A DNA stretch of 64,000 nucleotides from Nitrospirota bacterium (GTDB taxonomy: Bacteria > Nitrospirota > Nitrospiria > Nitrospirales > Nitrospiraceae), in contig CAVPBK010000009.1 of the NCBI GenBank assembly GCA_963701855.1, forward strand, positions 96,001 through 160,000, in the 5' to 3' direction. Shown piece by piece: positions 27,918 to 38,493 of this stretch (position 1 is the first letter of the stretch; every line of letters starts with the position of its first letter). The notes beneath the pieces are model-generated. The model did not search any database and was not told where the DNA came from. It saw only the letters and a program-made list of their open reading frames with translations. The position numbers and the translations under genes are program-made.

Positions 27918-30793
27918 TGAAACCTAACGCAAAGATTCGCGCGAAAGCATCTCATCCTTCAGAATCACCCGTGTCCCATAGCCTCATATACCCTGCTCTG
28001 TTGGATACACTCCCAATCGGGGTCGTGCGGCTCGACAGTCGGCTGCGCATCCTATCTGTCAACGTTGAAGCTACCCGCCTTCTGGGACTATCAGCTGATT
28101 GCTGTTCATCGAAATTTCTGCGTGAAATATTGCCGCAGCAACCAGGGGAATTCAGCCACAATATCTCAACGCGCATTCAGGAATCCCTTCCCGATCGTCG
28201 CCCCATACAAGCAGCCCACACGATACTCATTGGCCCTGCGCATCAATCGTATCCGGTTGAATGGAGCTATATTCCGCTGGATGCCGGAGAAGATTCCGGC
28301 GGGGTGTTGACGCTACGAGACCTGACCCGCGAGCAAGAGCTGCAGCAAGATTGCGACCGTCTGGCGCGCGTAGCAGTAGAAAGTCCGTCGCCCATTATCG
28401 AGTTGGACTCCGATGCGAATCTCCTCTATGCGAATCCCGCGATGACACAGCTGTTGCAGCAGTTCGGCTATGCGACCAGCGGATTTCCCGCCGTGTGTCC
28501 TGATGAGCTATCGCGGCTCGTTCAACACTGCCTCAAATCAGGACAGGAGATACGGGTGGAAGAAGTCCGCGTAGCTCAGGCCAGCTTCGCGTGGATTTTC
28601 TGCCCAGTCCCCTCCCATCAATTGGTTCGCGGTTATGCAGCCGATATGACCGACATAAAGGCAGTCCAAGAGAAGCTGTGCCAGTCAGTGGCACTGCTCC
28701 AGGACAGCAATCGCCAATTGGATCAGGCGCTTCAGACAGCGGAGGATGCCTCTCGCGTGAAGGCGTCGTTCCTCGCGACCGTAAGTCACGAGTTACGGAC
28801 GCCTATGAACGGAGTCATTGGGATGACGGACCTATTGATGGATACGGAACCATCGGAAGAGCAACAATCCTATATCAATCCCATTCGTCAATGCGGCGAG
28901 GCCTTACTATGCTTGATCAACGACATTCTTGAGTACGGCAAGATCGAAGCGGGCAAACTGGAGCTGGAATGTATCGACTTCAACCTTCGCACGACAGTGG
29001 AAGATGTCTTGGGTCAATTCGCGGCACAAGCACAGAATAAAGGGCTGGAAATCACCGGTTTGGTGCACGCAGCCGTACCGACAGGCCTACAAGGCGATCC
29101 GGGGCATCTCCGGCAGATCCTCACGAACTTCATCGGCAACGCGATCAAGTTCACCGAACAGGGTGACGTGACGGTTCAAGCCTTCCTCGAACAGGATTTG
29201 GTCGATACGGTGGTCGTCCGATTCGAAGTTACCGATAGCGGAATCGGCATCCCCCCTGAAATACAAGCTCGACTATTCCAACCGTTCACCCAGGCTGACA
29301 GCTCCACCTCACGCAAATACGGAGGGACCGGTCTCGGGCTCGCGATTTCGAAACAGCTCGCCGAACAAATGGGCGGCACCGTCGGCATCACTAGTCAACC
29401 GGGATGCGGTAGTATCTTCTGGTGTACCGCCCGCTTCCTCAAGCAGAGGACATCCCCATTGGCCATCGTGCCCTCTGCCGAGTTGGCCGGACGTCGCGTC
29501 CTGATCGTAGACGATAATGAGTCGAATAGGATCATTCTCCATCACTTGGTCACGGGATGGGGTATGGTCGACGATCAGGCCCATGATGCAGCCTTCGCCA
29601 TGGCACTGATCGAGCAACAGGCAAGGAACGGCATAGCATACGATGTGGCCATTGTCGATATGTTGATGCCGGGAAAGGATGGACTACAATTCGCAAAGGA
29701 GATGAAGGTTCACCCTGTTGGATCTCTCGTCCATCTTGTCATCCTCACCTCGCTCATTCAGAGAGGGCATGCGGAACTAGCGCGCCAGGCCGGGTTCGTC
29801 GCGTATCTCACCAAACCAGTCCGTCACGATCAACTCTCAAATTGTTTGAGAACCGTGCTTGGATTGCCGGAAGTTGTGAGTGAAGCGACCGTGACAACAG
29901 TGCCTACGCCTGCACCGACGCTCATTACACGTCACACCCTCGCAGAAACAGGGTCGCCCGTGCGCATCCTGGTGGCCGAAGACAATCTCATCAATCAGAA
30001 ACTGGCCGTTCGCATGTTAGAAAAACTCGGTTATCAATCGGATGTCGTGGAAAATGGTCAAGAGGTGCTGGCAGCGTTGGAGAGAGTCTCCTATGCCATG
30101 GTCCTGATGGACTGCCAGATGCCCCTCGTCGATGGATTAGAAGCCACCAGACTCATCCGGGAAAGCGAGAGAAAGGATTCCGGCGCCTCCGGCCGTTCGC
30201 ACCTGGCCCCTCGCCATGTTCCAATTGTGGCCCTTACGGCCAATGCCATGAGCGGGGATCGAGACCGTTGTCTAGCGGCCGGCATGGACGATTATTTAAC
30301 GAAGCCCATCCGAAAGAGCAACCTCAAGGGAGCCCTCGATCGCTGGATTCCTCTGTCTATTCAACCACAGGCCGCACATCCGTGCGGTGCAGAACACCGC
30401 ACGAATGAAACAGACGCAGAGACTCTCCCCGCCGTCTTTGATGTGGCCACAATGTTACGAAACATCGGAGGCGATGCCGGACTATTGGAGGAACTGGTTG
30501 ACCTGTTTGTTCAACGCCATCAAACCATGTTGGAGGCAATCCGAGCCGGACTGGCCAATACAGATCAAGTAGCCGTCGAACAGGCTGCTCACACGCTGAA
30601 AGGGACTGCCGGCAATCTCTGCGCATCGGAGGTGGTGTTATACGCTGGACAATTGGAGGCGATTGGAAGACTCGGCACGCTGGTTGAAGGCCCGATGATC
30701 TATGCTCAGCTTGAAAAATCTGTACTACGCCTAGTTCGACATCTGAAAGAGCGAAGCCGGAAACACACCGAAACTAGAGAGTGTGCAGCTTAA
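27917..30793 (+). CDS. Soluble hybrid histidine kinase (PAS-PAS-HisKA-HATPase-REC-REC-Hpt)
   Basis: [28 protein letters not shown], two receivers (DMLMP, DCQMP), Hpt AHTLKG; TGATG coupling to the HD-GYP gene. Confidence 0.93.
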   Translation: MKPNAKIRAKASHPSESPVSHSLIYPALLDTLPIGVVRLDSRLRILSVNVEATRLLGLSADCCSSKFLREILPQQPGEFSHNISTRIQESLPDRRPIQAAHTILIGPAHQSYPVEWSYIPLDAGEDSGGVLTLRDLTREQELQQDCDRLARVAVESPSPIIELDSDANLLYANPAMTQLLQQFGYATSGFPAVCPDELSRLVQHCLKSGQEIRVEEVRVAQASFAWIFCPVPSHQLVRGYAADMTDIKAVQEKLCQSVALLQDSNRQLDQALQTAEDASRVKASFLATVSHELRTPMNGVIGMTDLLMDTEPSEEQQSYINPIRQCGEALLCLINDILEYGKIEAGKLELECIDFNLRTTVEDVLGQFAAQAQNKGLEITGLVHAAVPTGLQGDPGHLRQILTNFIGNAIKFTEQGDVTVQAFLEQDLVDTVVVRFEVTDSGIGIPPEIQARLFQPFTQADSSTSRKYGGTGLGLAISKQLAEQMGGTVGITSQPGCGSIFWCTARFLKQRTSPLAIVPSAELAGRRVLIVDDNESNRIILHHLVTGWGMVDDQAHDAAFAMALIEQQARNGIAYDVAIVDMLMPGKDGLQFAKEMKVHPVGSLVHLVILTSLIQRGHAELARQAGFVAYLTKPVRHDQLSNCLRTVLGLPEVVSEATVTTVPTPAPTLITRHTLAETGSPVRILVAEDNLINQKLAVRMLEKLGYQSDVVENGQEVLAALERVSYAMVLMDCQMPLVDGLEATRLIRESERKDSGASGRSHLAPRHVPIVALTANAMSGDRDRCLAAGMDDYLTKPIRKSNLKGALDRWIPLSIQPQAAHPCGAEHRTNETDAETLPAVFDVATMLRNIGGDAGLLEELVDLFVQRHQTMLEAIRAGLANTDQVAVEQAAHTLKGTAGNLCASEVVLYAGQLEAIGRLGTLVEGPMIYAQLEKSVLRLVRHLKERSRKHTETRECAA

Positions 30794-30824
30794 CATAGAC
30801 AAGATAAGGCATAAAGAAATCCTA

Positions 30825-30924
30825 GGGCCGCAGCCGGCGAAAGCACCGGAGGCGTAGCCTCTGGGTTACGTTATGAATACTTTCAAGGCGAGACCGCCGC
30901 TGGAGGACGTTTTCAGCATTCTGC
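30825..30924. mobile_element. Degenerate copy of the MITE-like repeat, abutting the fliW stop codon
   Basis: GGCCGCAGC..GAGGCGTA..TACGTT..GCGAGA..CCGCTGG..TTTTCAGCATTCTG matches the 62504 copy; left end lost. Confidence 0.7.
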
Positions 30925-31403
30925 TATGCCGAAATCGCCTCAGCAAGCGGAAGGATCTGGCTGCCTTCAGCTTGTCTTGGAGCAGTAAACACCGGATAAC
31001 GAGTGGGATAGTCCTCGGAAAGCACGAGTTGCTTGCAGCGTCTCGTGCGAGAGTTCATGAGGAGAGGGCCCCGAAGATTGGCGGTCATGGCAGCCGGATC
31101 ATCCGATGGAATGGTGAGGATGACCGCGAAGCTCAGTTCGTCAGTCTCATTCCCCTCCACCTCTAAGCGCGCCTCCGGCGAAATCGTGACTCGATAGAGT
31201 GGGTTGAACAACACGGGATCGATAACCACAAACGCAAGCGACGCCTCTTCCGCACAATGCAACCATTTAAATGGAGCTTCGGTGTCATGATCGAGCATCA
31301 CATAGCGGGTCCATTCTGGGAACCCGAGCACCCCTGACGGGAAGGTCAGCAACGCCTCAGCAGGAACATTCATGACACCAAAGCGAGTTGACGCGACATT
31401 CAT
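30924..31403 (-). CDS. fliW: Flagellar assembly factor FliW (CsrA antagonist)
   Basis: TRFG, FPSGVLGF, PFKWL, LAFVVIDP, TANLRGP. Confidence 0.93.
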   Translation of the reverse strand: MNVASTRFGVMNVPAEALLTFPSGVLGFPEWTRYVMLDHDTEAPFKWLHCAEEASLAFVVIDPVLFNPLYRVTISPEARLEVEGNETDELSFAVILTIPSDDPAAMTANLRGPLLMNSRTRRCKQLVLSEDYPTRYPVFTAPRQAEGSQILPLAEAISA

Positions 31404-31421
31404 AACGACAGCTCCTTTTAT

Positions 31422-31658
31422 TCAAGCCGGTTTCGTTCGTATCAATCGTTGAAAGACGTTGAGCGGGACGACTGGCGAGCGTGCTGCAAGCTGGTTTTCA
31501 TCTTGAATCCTGACGCAGACCTCATCACGGTGCACTTCAATCGTTCGTGGCGCTTCGATGCCCAAGCGAACTTGTCCATTCTTAATCCCCAGCACCACGA
31601 TCCGAATGTCCGGACCAATGGCCACACCTTCACCGCGTCTTCGTGTCAGGACCAGCAT
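31422..31658 (-). CDS. csrA: Carbon storage regulator CsrA
   Basis: MLVLTRRRGE, QVRLGIEAP, VHRDEV. Confidence 0.96.
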   Translation of the reverse strand: MLVLTRRRGEGVAIGPDIRIVVLGIKNGQVRLGIEAPRTIEVHRDEVCVRIQDENQLAARSPVVPLNVFQRLIRTKPA

Positions 31659-31696
31659 CCGTGGAGTTCAATCCTTTCCGAGCTATCCTCTAATTT

Positions 31697-31723
31697 GTAT
31701 CGGCAGTGGCGTTTGAAACTTGA
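31697..31723 (-). promoter_or_regulatory. Sigma28 promoter of csrA-fliW
   Basis: TCAAG-N14-GCCGATAC (spacer 1 nt shorter than the others). Confidence 0.65.
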
Positions 31724-31732
31724 GAACCGTTA

Positions 31733-32632
31733 TTAGGCGGGGGGCAGAAACTTCAGGAGCGACGAATCAAACAATCGTGTGAACGTTTGGCTGGTCGCCT
31801 GGTACGCGGTTTGCTGCAGCTGAAGTTCGGTCAGCGTCGTTGCGAGGTCGGTGTCCGTTTGATCTGAAAGTAGTTTCTGGACGGCCTCGGAGACAGACTG
31901 TGAGGTCACTTGCGCCGCGTCCAAACGATTGGCGATGGCTCCGATCTGCCCTTGCGCTAAACCGATCTGCGTCGTCGCTTGATCGAGAGCTCCGATCCCC
32001 ACTTCGATTCCCGCTCCGTTGTTGCTTTCCAAGGCAGTCAATAGATTACTCAGGTCATCGAAAATGTTCGTGGTTCCCCCGGTGAACACCTGATCGCCCG
32101 GGAGGACAATTTGCGTCGTTTGGCTTGGGCCGACTGCAATGGACTGGCTCTCGCTATTACCCTGATAAGAGACGGCGTCGCCGACGCCTAATACGAATGG
32201 GGGCGCATCGGTCTTGGTTCCAGCAAACACCGGTTGTCCGCTGACTTCTGTATTGGCGAGTTGGATCAATTGCCGATGCAGTTGGCGAACTTCCTGAGCG
32301 ATTGTAACCCGCCCCTGCGCCGACGTCGTATCGCTTCTCGCTTGCACCGCAAGCTCTCGAACACGACTGATCAGGTTTTGCGTTTGCCCCAAAGCCTGGT
32401 CTGCCACCGCGACACGTGCGGTTCCAAACTGAATATTCCTGAGCCATTGGTCGTTGTCGGCAAGCGCGGACTTTTCAAGGATGGCCTGTCCAAAAATGGC
32501 GGGGTCATCGGAAGGTTTGGCGATGCGTTGCTGAGTTGCGATCTGCTCTTGAGCAGTATCGATACGTTCCTTAATGCGCTGTAAGTTTCCCGCCGTCGAA
32601 CCATAAAACTGTTGGTCTGAGATTCGCATCAT
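31733..32632 (-). CDS. flgL: Hook-associated protein FlgL
   Basis: MRIS, RIAKPSDDP, VFAGTKTD, SLLKFL. Confidence 0.94.
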   Translation of the reverse strand: MMRISDQQFYGSTAGNLQRIKERIDTAQEQIATQQRIAKPSDDPAIFGQAILEKSALADNDQWLRNIQFGTARVAVADQALGQTQNLISRVRELAVQARSDTTSAQGRVTIAQEVRQLHRQLIQLANTEVSGQPVFAGTKTDAPPFVLGVGDAVSYQGNSESQSIAVGPSQTTQIVLPGDQVFTGGTTNIFDDLSNLLTALESNNGAGIEVGIGALDQATTQIGLAQGQIGAIANRLDAAQVTSQSVSEAVQKLLSDQTDTDLATTLTELQLQQTAYQATSQTFTRLFDSSLLKFLPPA

Positions 32633-32674
32633 CCGGCTTCCTTTTCTCGTTACCCCCAGGTAGTGCGAACAGTC

Positions 32675-34066
32675 TTATCTCTTCATGGCTAGAATGTCTT
32701 GAAATAACTGGTCTGCCGTGGTGATCATACGAGAAGCCGCTTCAAAGCTCCGTTGATATTGAAGGAGATTGGCAAGCTCTTCGTCCATCGATACACCGGA
32801 GACGGACGCGCGTTGGGATGTCAATTGATCGTGGATAATCTGTTGCGCCTGGAGATTGCTTTGAACTCCTTGTACAGTTGAACCGAAACTCCCTGCGATC
32901 GTACTGTAATAGTCTTGGTAGGTGACATTGCCGAGTGGGGCAAAGGCCGTGCTGCGGAGACCGGCCAAAGTCAAGGCATTCGCGTTATTGCCAGGAACTC
33001 CTACAGCAGTAGACGATGCCGCGATCTGGCGAACGTTGGTCAACGAGACGGCAATAGTACTGGCCTTCGTCCCAGTCGGCGCGAAGAAATCCAGGTCGGT
33101 GGAGCCATCTAGCCCGTAACCCAATCGATGTTGTTGATTAACCTGGGTAACAAGTTCTGCGGTCAACGTGTCTAGGGAGCTCCGCAATGAGGGGATAGTT
33201 TGATCGCGAACGTCAAGGAGCCCTTTGAGCTGCCCGCTTTGAATGACAGGCCCCAGGCTCGTCGTAGGCCCTGCTCCTGCGTCGTATCGCACATCGAGCA
33301 GTCCATTATTGCTGAGATCAGGGACTCCGACCAACTGGTAAGTCCTCTCCTTATCGACAAGGACCTGTCCACGTCCGGCAAACACGGTCACTTGGCCCGT
33401 GGCATCTTCGATCGATGAGATCTCGACCCGCTCAGCTAAGTCAGCGAGCGCGACTCCGCGTTCATCCCGCAAGTCATTGGCTTGCTGCCCGCTTGACTCA
33501 GCGCTGGCAATTTTTACATTCAACCCCGCAATCTGACTGGTCAAACGGTTCACATCCGTGATGGTCTGCCCAATTTGATGGTCGATGGACTGCTGCGCGT
33601 CGGTCAAGTCCGCAGCGGCCTGATTGAATTGGCCTGCGAGCGCCGTGGCTTTGGAGAGAAAAACTGTCCTGGCAGACAAGTCGTTCGGGTTGGTCGCCAC
33701 ATCCTGAAGCGCACCGAAAAACTCATTGAGTCCCGCCCCGATGCCGAGATTATTGGCATCCCCAAACAGCGGCTCCAGCCGAGCCAGGGCGTTGCTCGAG
33801 GCGGTAAACTCTCCTACCTGCGAGCCCGATGACACCAATTGAGCTTCGACAAATGAGTCGTATGACCGTTTAATACTCGTGGCCTGGACACCCATGCCAA
33901 TCTGGCCTGGAGTTCCATCCTGCGGCACGTTCTCGGACAAGGTGACCTGTTGTCGCGAATACCCAGGCGTATTGACATTCGCGATGTTATGTCCCGCGAC
34001 CGAGATGGCTTCCTGAGCGGTAAACAAAGCAGAGGTGCCAATGTTCGTCAGTCTGCTAATTCCCAT
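32675..34066 (-). CDS. flgK: Hook-associated protein FlgK
   Basis: GHNIANVNTPGYSRQ, SGVSMDEE; start set at ATG 34066. Confidence 0.95.
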   Translation of the reverse strand: MGISRLTNIGTSALFTAQEAISVAGHNIANVNTPGYSRQQVTLSENVPQDGTPGQIGMGVQATSIKRSYDSFVEAQLVSSGSQVGEFTASSNALARLEPLFGDANNLGIGAGLNEFFGALQDVATNPNDLSARTVFLSKATALAGQFNQAAADLTDAQQSIDHQIGQTITDVNRLTSQIAGLNVKIASAESSGQQANDLRDERGVALADLAERVEISSIEDATGQVTVFAGRGQVLVDKERTYQLVGVPDLSNNGLLDVRYDAGAGPTTSLGPVIQSGQLKGLLDVRDQTIPSLRSSLDTLTAELVTQVNQQHRLGYGLDGSTDLDFFAPTGTKASTIAVSLTNVRQIAASSTAVGVPGNNANALTLAGLRSTAFAPLGNVTYQDYYSTIAGSFGSTVQGVQSNLQAQQIIHDQLTSQRASVSGVSMDEELANLLQYQRSFEAASRMITTADQLFQDILAMKR

Positions 34067-34074
34067 TTGCCGCG

Positions 34075-34584
34075 CTAGCCTTTCTGCCGAAACATCAGGG
34101 CATCGACGCCACATTCACGAGGCGCTCCGGATTCGGAATAGAGACCCAGCGGAGCTGTGGCCTGGCGCATGACGTTCAACCCTTTTCTGATGAATGCTTG
34201 TAGGCTGTTCAGGATGCCTGCATTGATCGATATCTCGTGACGAAGCGCACGAATCTTTTCGGCCATCCCCGCATATAACACTTCCAGCCTCTGGGCATCG
34301 GTCGATTCAAGCCGTTCGAGAATGACGCTCAGAGATATGGCTGATGGAGCGAGGTTCCAACGATCAGCCAACCGCACAACCCACGCTGTTCGTTCCGCTT
34401 CGAGCAGAAGAAGATCATCCAGCAGCCGGGCTCGCTGACGATTGACCTCAGCCATGTCGGTCAATGTCAATGCTCGAAGGGCTTGCCGCTCTCGCTGAAT
34501 ATTGTCCGCCAGCGCATCGCACTGGGCTTCTTCACGGCGTAGGATATGATCCAATTGCCGGAGGGCTATCACGAGGTCCTGCAT
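34075..34584 (-). CDS. flgN: Flagellar export chaperone FlgN
   Basis: Helical 169 aa ORF between flgM and flgK, C-terminal YSESG. Confidence 0.8.
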   Translation of the reverse strand: MQDLVIALRQLDHILRREEAQCDALADNIQRERQALRALTLTDMAEVNRQRARLLDDLLLLEAERTAWVVRLADRWNLAPSAISLSVILERLESTDAQRLEVLYAGMAEKIRALRHEISINAGILNSLQAFIRKGLNVMRQATAPLGLYSESGAPRECGVDALMFRQKG

Positions 34585-34602
34585 AGTTTTCGGTATCCAT
34601 TA

Positions 34603-34725
34603 AGCGTGAAGCGTATCTCGTTATTCGCGCGAGACTCGCGAGGCTGGGTGAAGCCTGAAGACTGAAGTCTGAAGTGTTCGGATATCCGATCTCTGGCCTT
34701 CGGCCTGTACCCCTTCAACCTTCGA
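34603..34725. repeat. Composite family C/B palindrome between flgM and flgN
   Basis: Shares ATCTCGTTATTCGCGCGAGAC with 2190-2210; CTGAAGACTGAAGTCTGAAGTGTTCGGAT. Confidence 0.75.
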
Positions 34726-34744
34726 ATTGCGCCTGCCAAACCTG

Positions 34745-35047
34745 TCAGAGAACCGCGTCGGTGAGCGTCTGACGAATGAGTGCGTCGGCAACCTGTTTCT
34801 CCGACACCGTATATGTGCCGGCATCTATCGATCGGCTAATTCGCTCGATCTGCGCTTCTCGTGCGGCATCTGGCTGATCGGCCAACGCCTTGATCCGCTG
34901 GATCTCCTTGGCCCGATCCGAGATCTGCACCCGATCCTGGCGTCCATCCTGCTGTGTATTCGGCTTCGCACTAACACCACCAGTTCCCTGGATACCGAGT
35001 AGGATTTTGGCAAGATAATCTGGCTTACCATGACCGGAAATCTGCAT
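34745..35047 (-). CDS. flgM: Anti-sigma28 factor FlgM
   Basis: DRVQISDRA, I..GTY.V....VADAL. Confidence 0.9.
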   Translation of the reverse strand: MQISGHGKPDYLAKILLGIQGTGGVSAKPNTQQDGRQDRVQISDRAKEIQRIKALADQPDAAREAQIERISRSIDAGTYTVSEKQVADALIRQTLTDAVL

Positions 35048-35074
35048 GACGATGGCTCCTCTCTGTTCCTTCTT

Positions 35075-35485
35075 TTACAAGTTTCCCCCGACACTCTCTT
35101 GCGCGGTGGGGTGATCCTTGTCGCCTATAGTATCGGCTATCGGTTCTGAAAACTTGAGGGGGGTGGCATTTTTTTCTGTATACTCCTGAATCATTCTTGC
35201 GAATCCAATCCCTCCCGCTTCGGACGCCAATCGGCCGATTTCCTGGTCATAAAAGGAGTAAAAATAGGCCCCCCCCTTGTTCTCCAGCGCTCCCTTGGGA
35301 ACAGTTGCTCTCATCTCTTTCAACAGGTTGGAGATAAAATAGGCTTCGAATTCATGGGCTGCGTCCTTGAGGTCGGCCACCTTCCCCTGCCGACCTCGGG
35401 CATAATCTTGAGGAACGTGCGACAAGCCAAGCTGTGATTCGGCTACATTACTGACCGCGCTGAGGCTCATAATATTCTGATACAC
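35075..35485 (-). CDS. flgJ: FlgJ rod-binding domain only (no muramidase)
   Basis: LKDAAHEFEAYF..LLKEMR..YDQEI..GGIGFA. Confidence 0.85.
   Translation of the reverse strand: MYQNIMSLSAVSNVAESQLGLSHVPQDYARGRQGKVADLKDAAHEFEAYFISNLLKEMRATVPKGALENKGGAYFYSFYDQEIGRLASEAGGIGFARMIQEYTEKNATPLKFSEPIADTIGDKDHPTAQESVGGNL
35130..35157 (-). promoter_or_regulatory. Sigma28 promoter of flgM, inside the flgJ 3' end
   Basis: TCAAG-N15-GCCGATAC. Confidence 0.8.
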
Positions 35486-35528
35486 GACATCTCCGTATTG
35501 TTATAATATATATTAATCATTATCTTAA

Positions 35529-36662
35529 CTAAATTACATCAAGATTTGCCTGAAGTGCTCCAGCTGCCCTGAGGGCTGATAGAATAGCGACCAAATCCCT
35601 GGGAGTTACCCCGACCGCATTCAATGCTCGTACAACCTCTCCAAGCGTGACCGTTTCATCCACGACTATCAGTCTGGACTCCTGCTCCTTCACTTCCGTC
35701 TGAACATCTTCGGTCACGGTCGTCTGTCCACCAGTGGACCCGATTATCGGAGCAGGCGGCTGCGACACATTGACCGTATTCTTCACCGAAATCGTAAGAT
35801 TGCCATGTGAAATGGCACAGGTCGAGATACGGACATGTTCTCCCAGAACCACGGTGCCGGTTCGTTCATTCACAACAACTTTCGCAGGCAGGTCGACATT
35901 GACGTCCAATCCTTCGATCGTGGCGATGTATTCCACGACTCGGCCACGAAATGTTTCCGGAACCGACGCCCGAACAAGTCCGGCATTCACCGCCGTTGCG
36001 CTCCCCTTCCCGAACACCCCGTCGATCGCTTCCGTCGTTCGAATCGCCGTCGTAAAGTCCGGTTGGCGCAGAAGCACCGAAACTGTTTCCCATGATTCGA
36101 TATCGATGCCTGCATCCTTTTCGATAATCGCACCACCAGGCACGATCCCGGCGGATTGATGGTTCTTGGTGATGGTGGATCCGCCTGCCCCACCCGTTCC
36201 ACCCAAGAATCCACCGATGGAAACCGCTCCTTGAGCTACGGCATATACTTGCTGGTTCGCCGCCTTCAGAGGGGTGAGCAACAAGGTGCCGCCTTGCAGG
36301 CTCTTCGCATTGGCCATGGAGGAGACCAGCACATCGACCGTCGCGCCTGGTTTAGCGAAGGGTGGCAATTTGGCCGTCACGATGACCGAGGCAATGTTGC
36401 GCGTCAGCAACTGGATCGGATTAATCACGAGATTGATGCCCATCTTATTTAACATCGACATCATGGCTTGGATCGTGAACTGCCCGCCGATGACCTGATC
36501 GCCGGTTCGATCTAAGCCGACGACGAGGCCATAGCCGATCAACTGGTTATCTCGAACCCCTTCGAATGATCCCACGTCTTTGATGCGAACCGCATTCGCC
36601 GGGATCGCCCAGAACAAAACTCCCAATACCAACAACCCGATGCTCATCCGTGCTCGTATCAT
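35529..36662 (-). CDS. flgI: P-ring protein FlgI
   Basis: Signal peptide, RIKD..GVRDNQLIGYGLVVGL, AKSLQGGTL. Confidence 0.96.
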   Translation of the reverse strand: MIRARMSIGLLVLGVLFWAIPANAVRIKDVGSFEGVRDNQLIGYGLVVGLDRTGDQVIGGQFTIQAMMSMLNKMGINLVINPIQLLTRNIASVIVTAKLPPFAKPGATVDVLVSSMANAKSLQGGTLLLTPLKAANQQVYAVAQGAVSIGGFLGGTGGAGGSTITKNHQSAGIVPGGAIIEKDAGIDIESWETVSVLLRQPDFTTAIRTTEAIDGVFGKGSATAVNAGLVRASVPETFRGRVVEYIATIEGLDVNVDLPAKVVVNERTGTVVLGEHVRISTCAISHGNLTISVKNTVNVSQPPAPIIGSTGGQTTVTEDVQTEVKEQESRLIVVDETVTLGEVVRALNAVGVTPRDLVAILSALRAAGALQANLDVI

Positions 36663-36886
36663 GTCGTGTGTCTCACGTGGTTAATAATTAAGTCTGCTCG
36701 TCGACAAAAGAAGTGGGTGAACCAACCCTCGTCGTTAACAATACCTGGCGGCGTGGATATGGATACTGGCGTCTCTGTATACGGTTCAATGTCGGTACAA
36801 TTGTCAAAGTGCTGAGGGGAATATACTTCCGCACGACGTATGACTCCGTTCATCACCATCAACTCCAATGATCGCATCGTGGCCAT
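36659..36886 (-). CDS. Possible small hypothetical protein between flgH and flgI
   Basis: 75 aa ORF whose TGA overlaps the flgI ATG; no recognisable motif. Confidence 0.3.
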   Translation of the reverse strand: MATMRSLELMVMNGVIRRAEVYSPQHFDNCTDIEPYTETPVSISTPPGIVNDEGWFTHFFCRRADLIINHVRHTT

Positions 36887-36960
36887 GCGGTATCAGCAGT
36901 CCCAGCGGACGCCCTTAGGTCGTCTTATGGAATATTTCATAGGCCGTGCGTTCTTGACAA

Positions 36961-37728
36961 TCACCATGGGCTGACCCAATCAAGCACCCGAACGAGCCAT
37001 CCTGGGCGTTGGACATCGTCAAGAACTCCCAGCCCTGAATATACAATCTTCGCATCCGCGATGGCGGATGAGAGCACGGTATTCTTCGTATCGACATCCA
37101 CCCGCCGCACGATGCCTCCGATCGTCATCAATTGTTTCTCGCTATTCACCGTGACCTCCCGGCGTCCCTCGATCCGAAGATCGCCGTTGGGCAGAACTTC
37201 AGTGACGTTGACAGAAATGGTTCCCGTTAAAGTTCCTTCACGATTTGTGGCACCCTTCCCACCAAACTTGTTCGAGGCACTCGCATCGATGCCAAGTCCT
37301 CGCCTCGCTTCACCGCCAAGGCGAATACCGGGAATACCGATGTATCCAATAGCGCTGCCGGCTAGACTGTTGTTGATGGTGGAATCTCGCTCAGCAGAGG
37401 TGTCGGCGGATTTCGACCCCTTATGGCTTTCAACAATTTTGATCGTCAGAATATCGCCGACACGCATCGCCCGCAAATCTTCATAAAGGTAAGCGCGACC
37501 GTTCTCTTCCTGCCAGAGGGAGCCCAGCGTTTTCGGTGGCGGCAAGGAAGGGACCGTGAGCGTCGAGACGACTTTCGGCGACGATGACGCACAGCCATCG
37601 CTCAGAAGCGAGACCGTCAACATGGCCACCGCCATGGCTGTAGCGCGCAGGCTCCTACGACTAGAATTCAACACGAACGGCTCCTGGTCCGACAATTTTT
37701 GCGCGCAGCTCTTTGCCTGAATCGACAT
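36961..37728 (-). CDS. flgH: L-ring lipoprotein FlgH
   Basis: GSLW, DLRA.RVGDILT, LPNGDL.IEG, IADA; lipobox-like SDGC; true start probably near 37635-37675. Confidence 0.94.
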   Translation of the reverse strand: MSIQAKSCAQKLSDQEPFVLNSSRRSLRATAMAVAMLTVSLLSDGCASSSPKVVSTLTVPSLPPPKTLGSLWQEENGRAYLYEDLRAMRVGDILTIKIVESHKGSKSADTSAERDSTINNSLAGSAIGYIGIPGIRLGGEARRGLGIDASASNKFGGKGATNREGTLTGTISVNVTEVLPNGDLRIEGRREVTVNSEKQLMTIGGIVRRVDVDTKNTVLSSAIADAKIVYSGLGVLDDVQRPGWLVRVLDWVSPW

Positions 37729-38488
37729 TGGTCACCGTGGCAGTCTGTCCTATCTCCCCACTCGACTTGGCTAGGCCAACCACCTGAATCGAGAGCCCCC
37801 CGTGTCTCGCCTCGATGGACACGCGATCCCCCTTGCGTATGGCATAGGGCTTCTTCACCATCCCTAGACGAATCGGGTTATTGGTCTGCAATGGACGCGC
37901 AGCGCTCTTCCCAATCACATCCTTCACGTCAGTGATCAGTTGATGGTCCAAATCCGTAAGTTTAATGCGGTGAATTGCAACATCTTCTGCGTCAATCACG
38001 TTGTCGATTTGGATGACTCTGGTCGGGACAACGGCATCGATAAACGCCGACACATCGGCGATGGCGTCGATCGTCTGCCAGGACTTTCCGTTCAGGTTGA
38101 TCTGAACATGAAATGCCCGGCGGCCGAGCCCTTCTTCAACTCCGCTCGAGGAGACCTTCAGGCCGATGTCACTGGAAGGGGTCATAATCGGCTCAAGCGG
38201 ATCTACTATGACAGCATGAATGGCGCGAACCTTCCCCGCCATCTCTTGCTCAAGCACTCGCAGAATACTTCGTTGGATCTGATCTGGACGCAGCTGGTGC
38301 ATCGCTGGCCTGGATTCAATCCCCTTCAAGACTGAACGATGCGCAGGACCGTTTTCCCCTGCGGGCATTGCTTGGACCAGTTTGAGTGATGCCGCCTCTA
38401 CCATCAGCAGTCCAAAATATATCACAGCCACTAAGGCCGACTGCGTCAATGAACGAGGTACGATCATAGGAAAGACTCCTCTGTGCAA
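37661..38488 (-). CDS. flgA: P-ring assembly chaperone FlgA
   Basis: C-terminal SAF domain (IRKGDRV, G.IGQ, NVDSGK). Confidence 0.9.
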   Translation of the reverse strand: MHRGVFPMIVPRSLTQSALVAVIYFGLLMVEAASLKLVQAMPAGENGPAHRSVLKGIESRPAMHQLRPDQIQRSILRVLEQEMAGKVRAIHAVIVDPLEPIMTPSSDIGLKVSSSGVEEGLGRRAFHVQINLNGKSWQTIDAIADVSAFIDAVVPTRVIQIDNVIDAEDVAIHRIKLTDLDHQLITDVKDVIGKSAARPLQTNNPIRLGMVKKPYAIRKGDRVSIEARHGGLSIQVVGLAKSSGEIGQTATVTNVDSGKELRAKIVGPGAVRVEF

Positions 38489-38493
38489 CGCGC

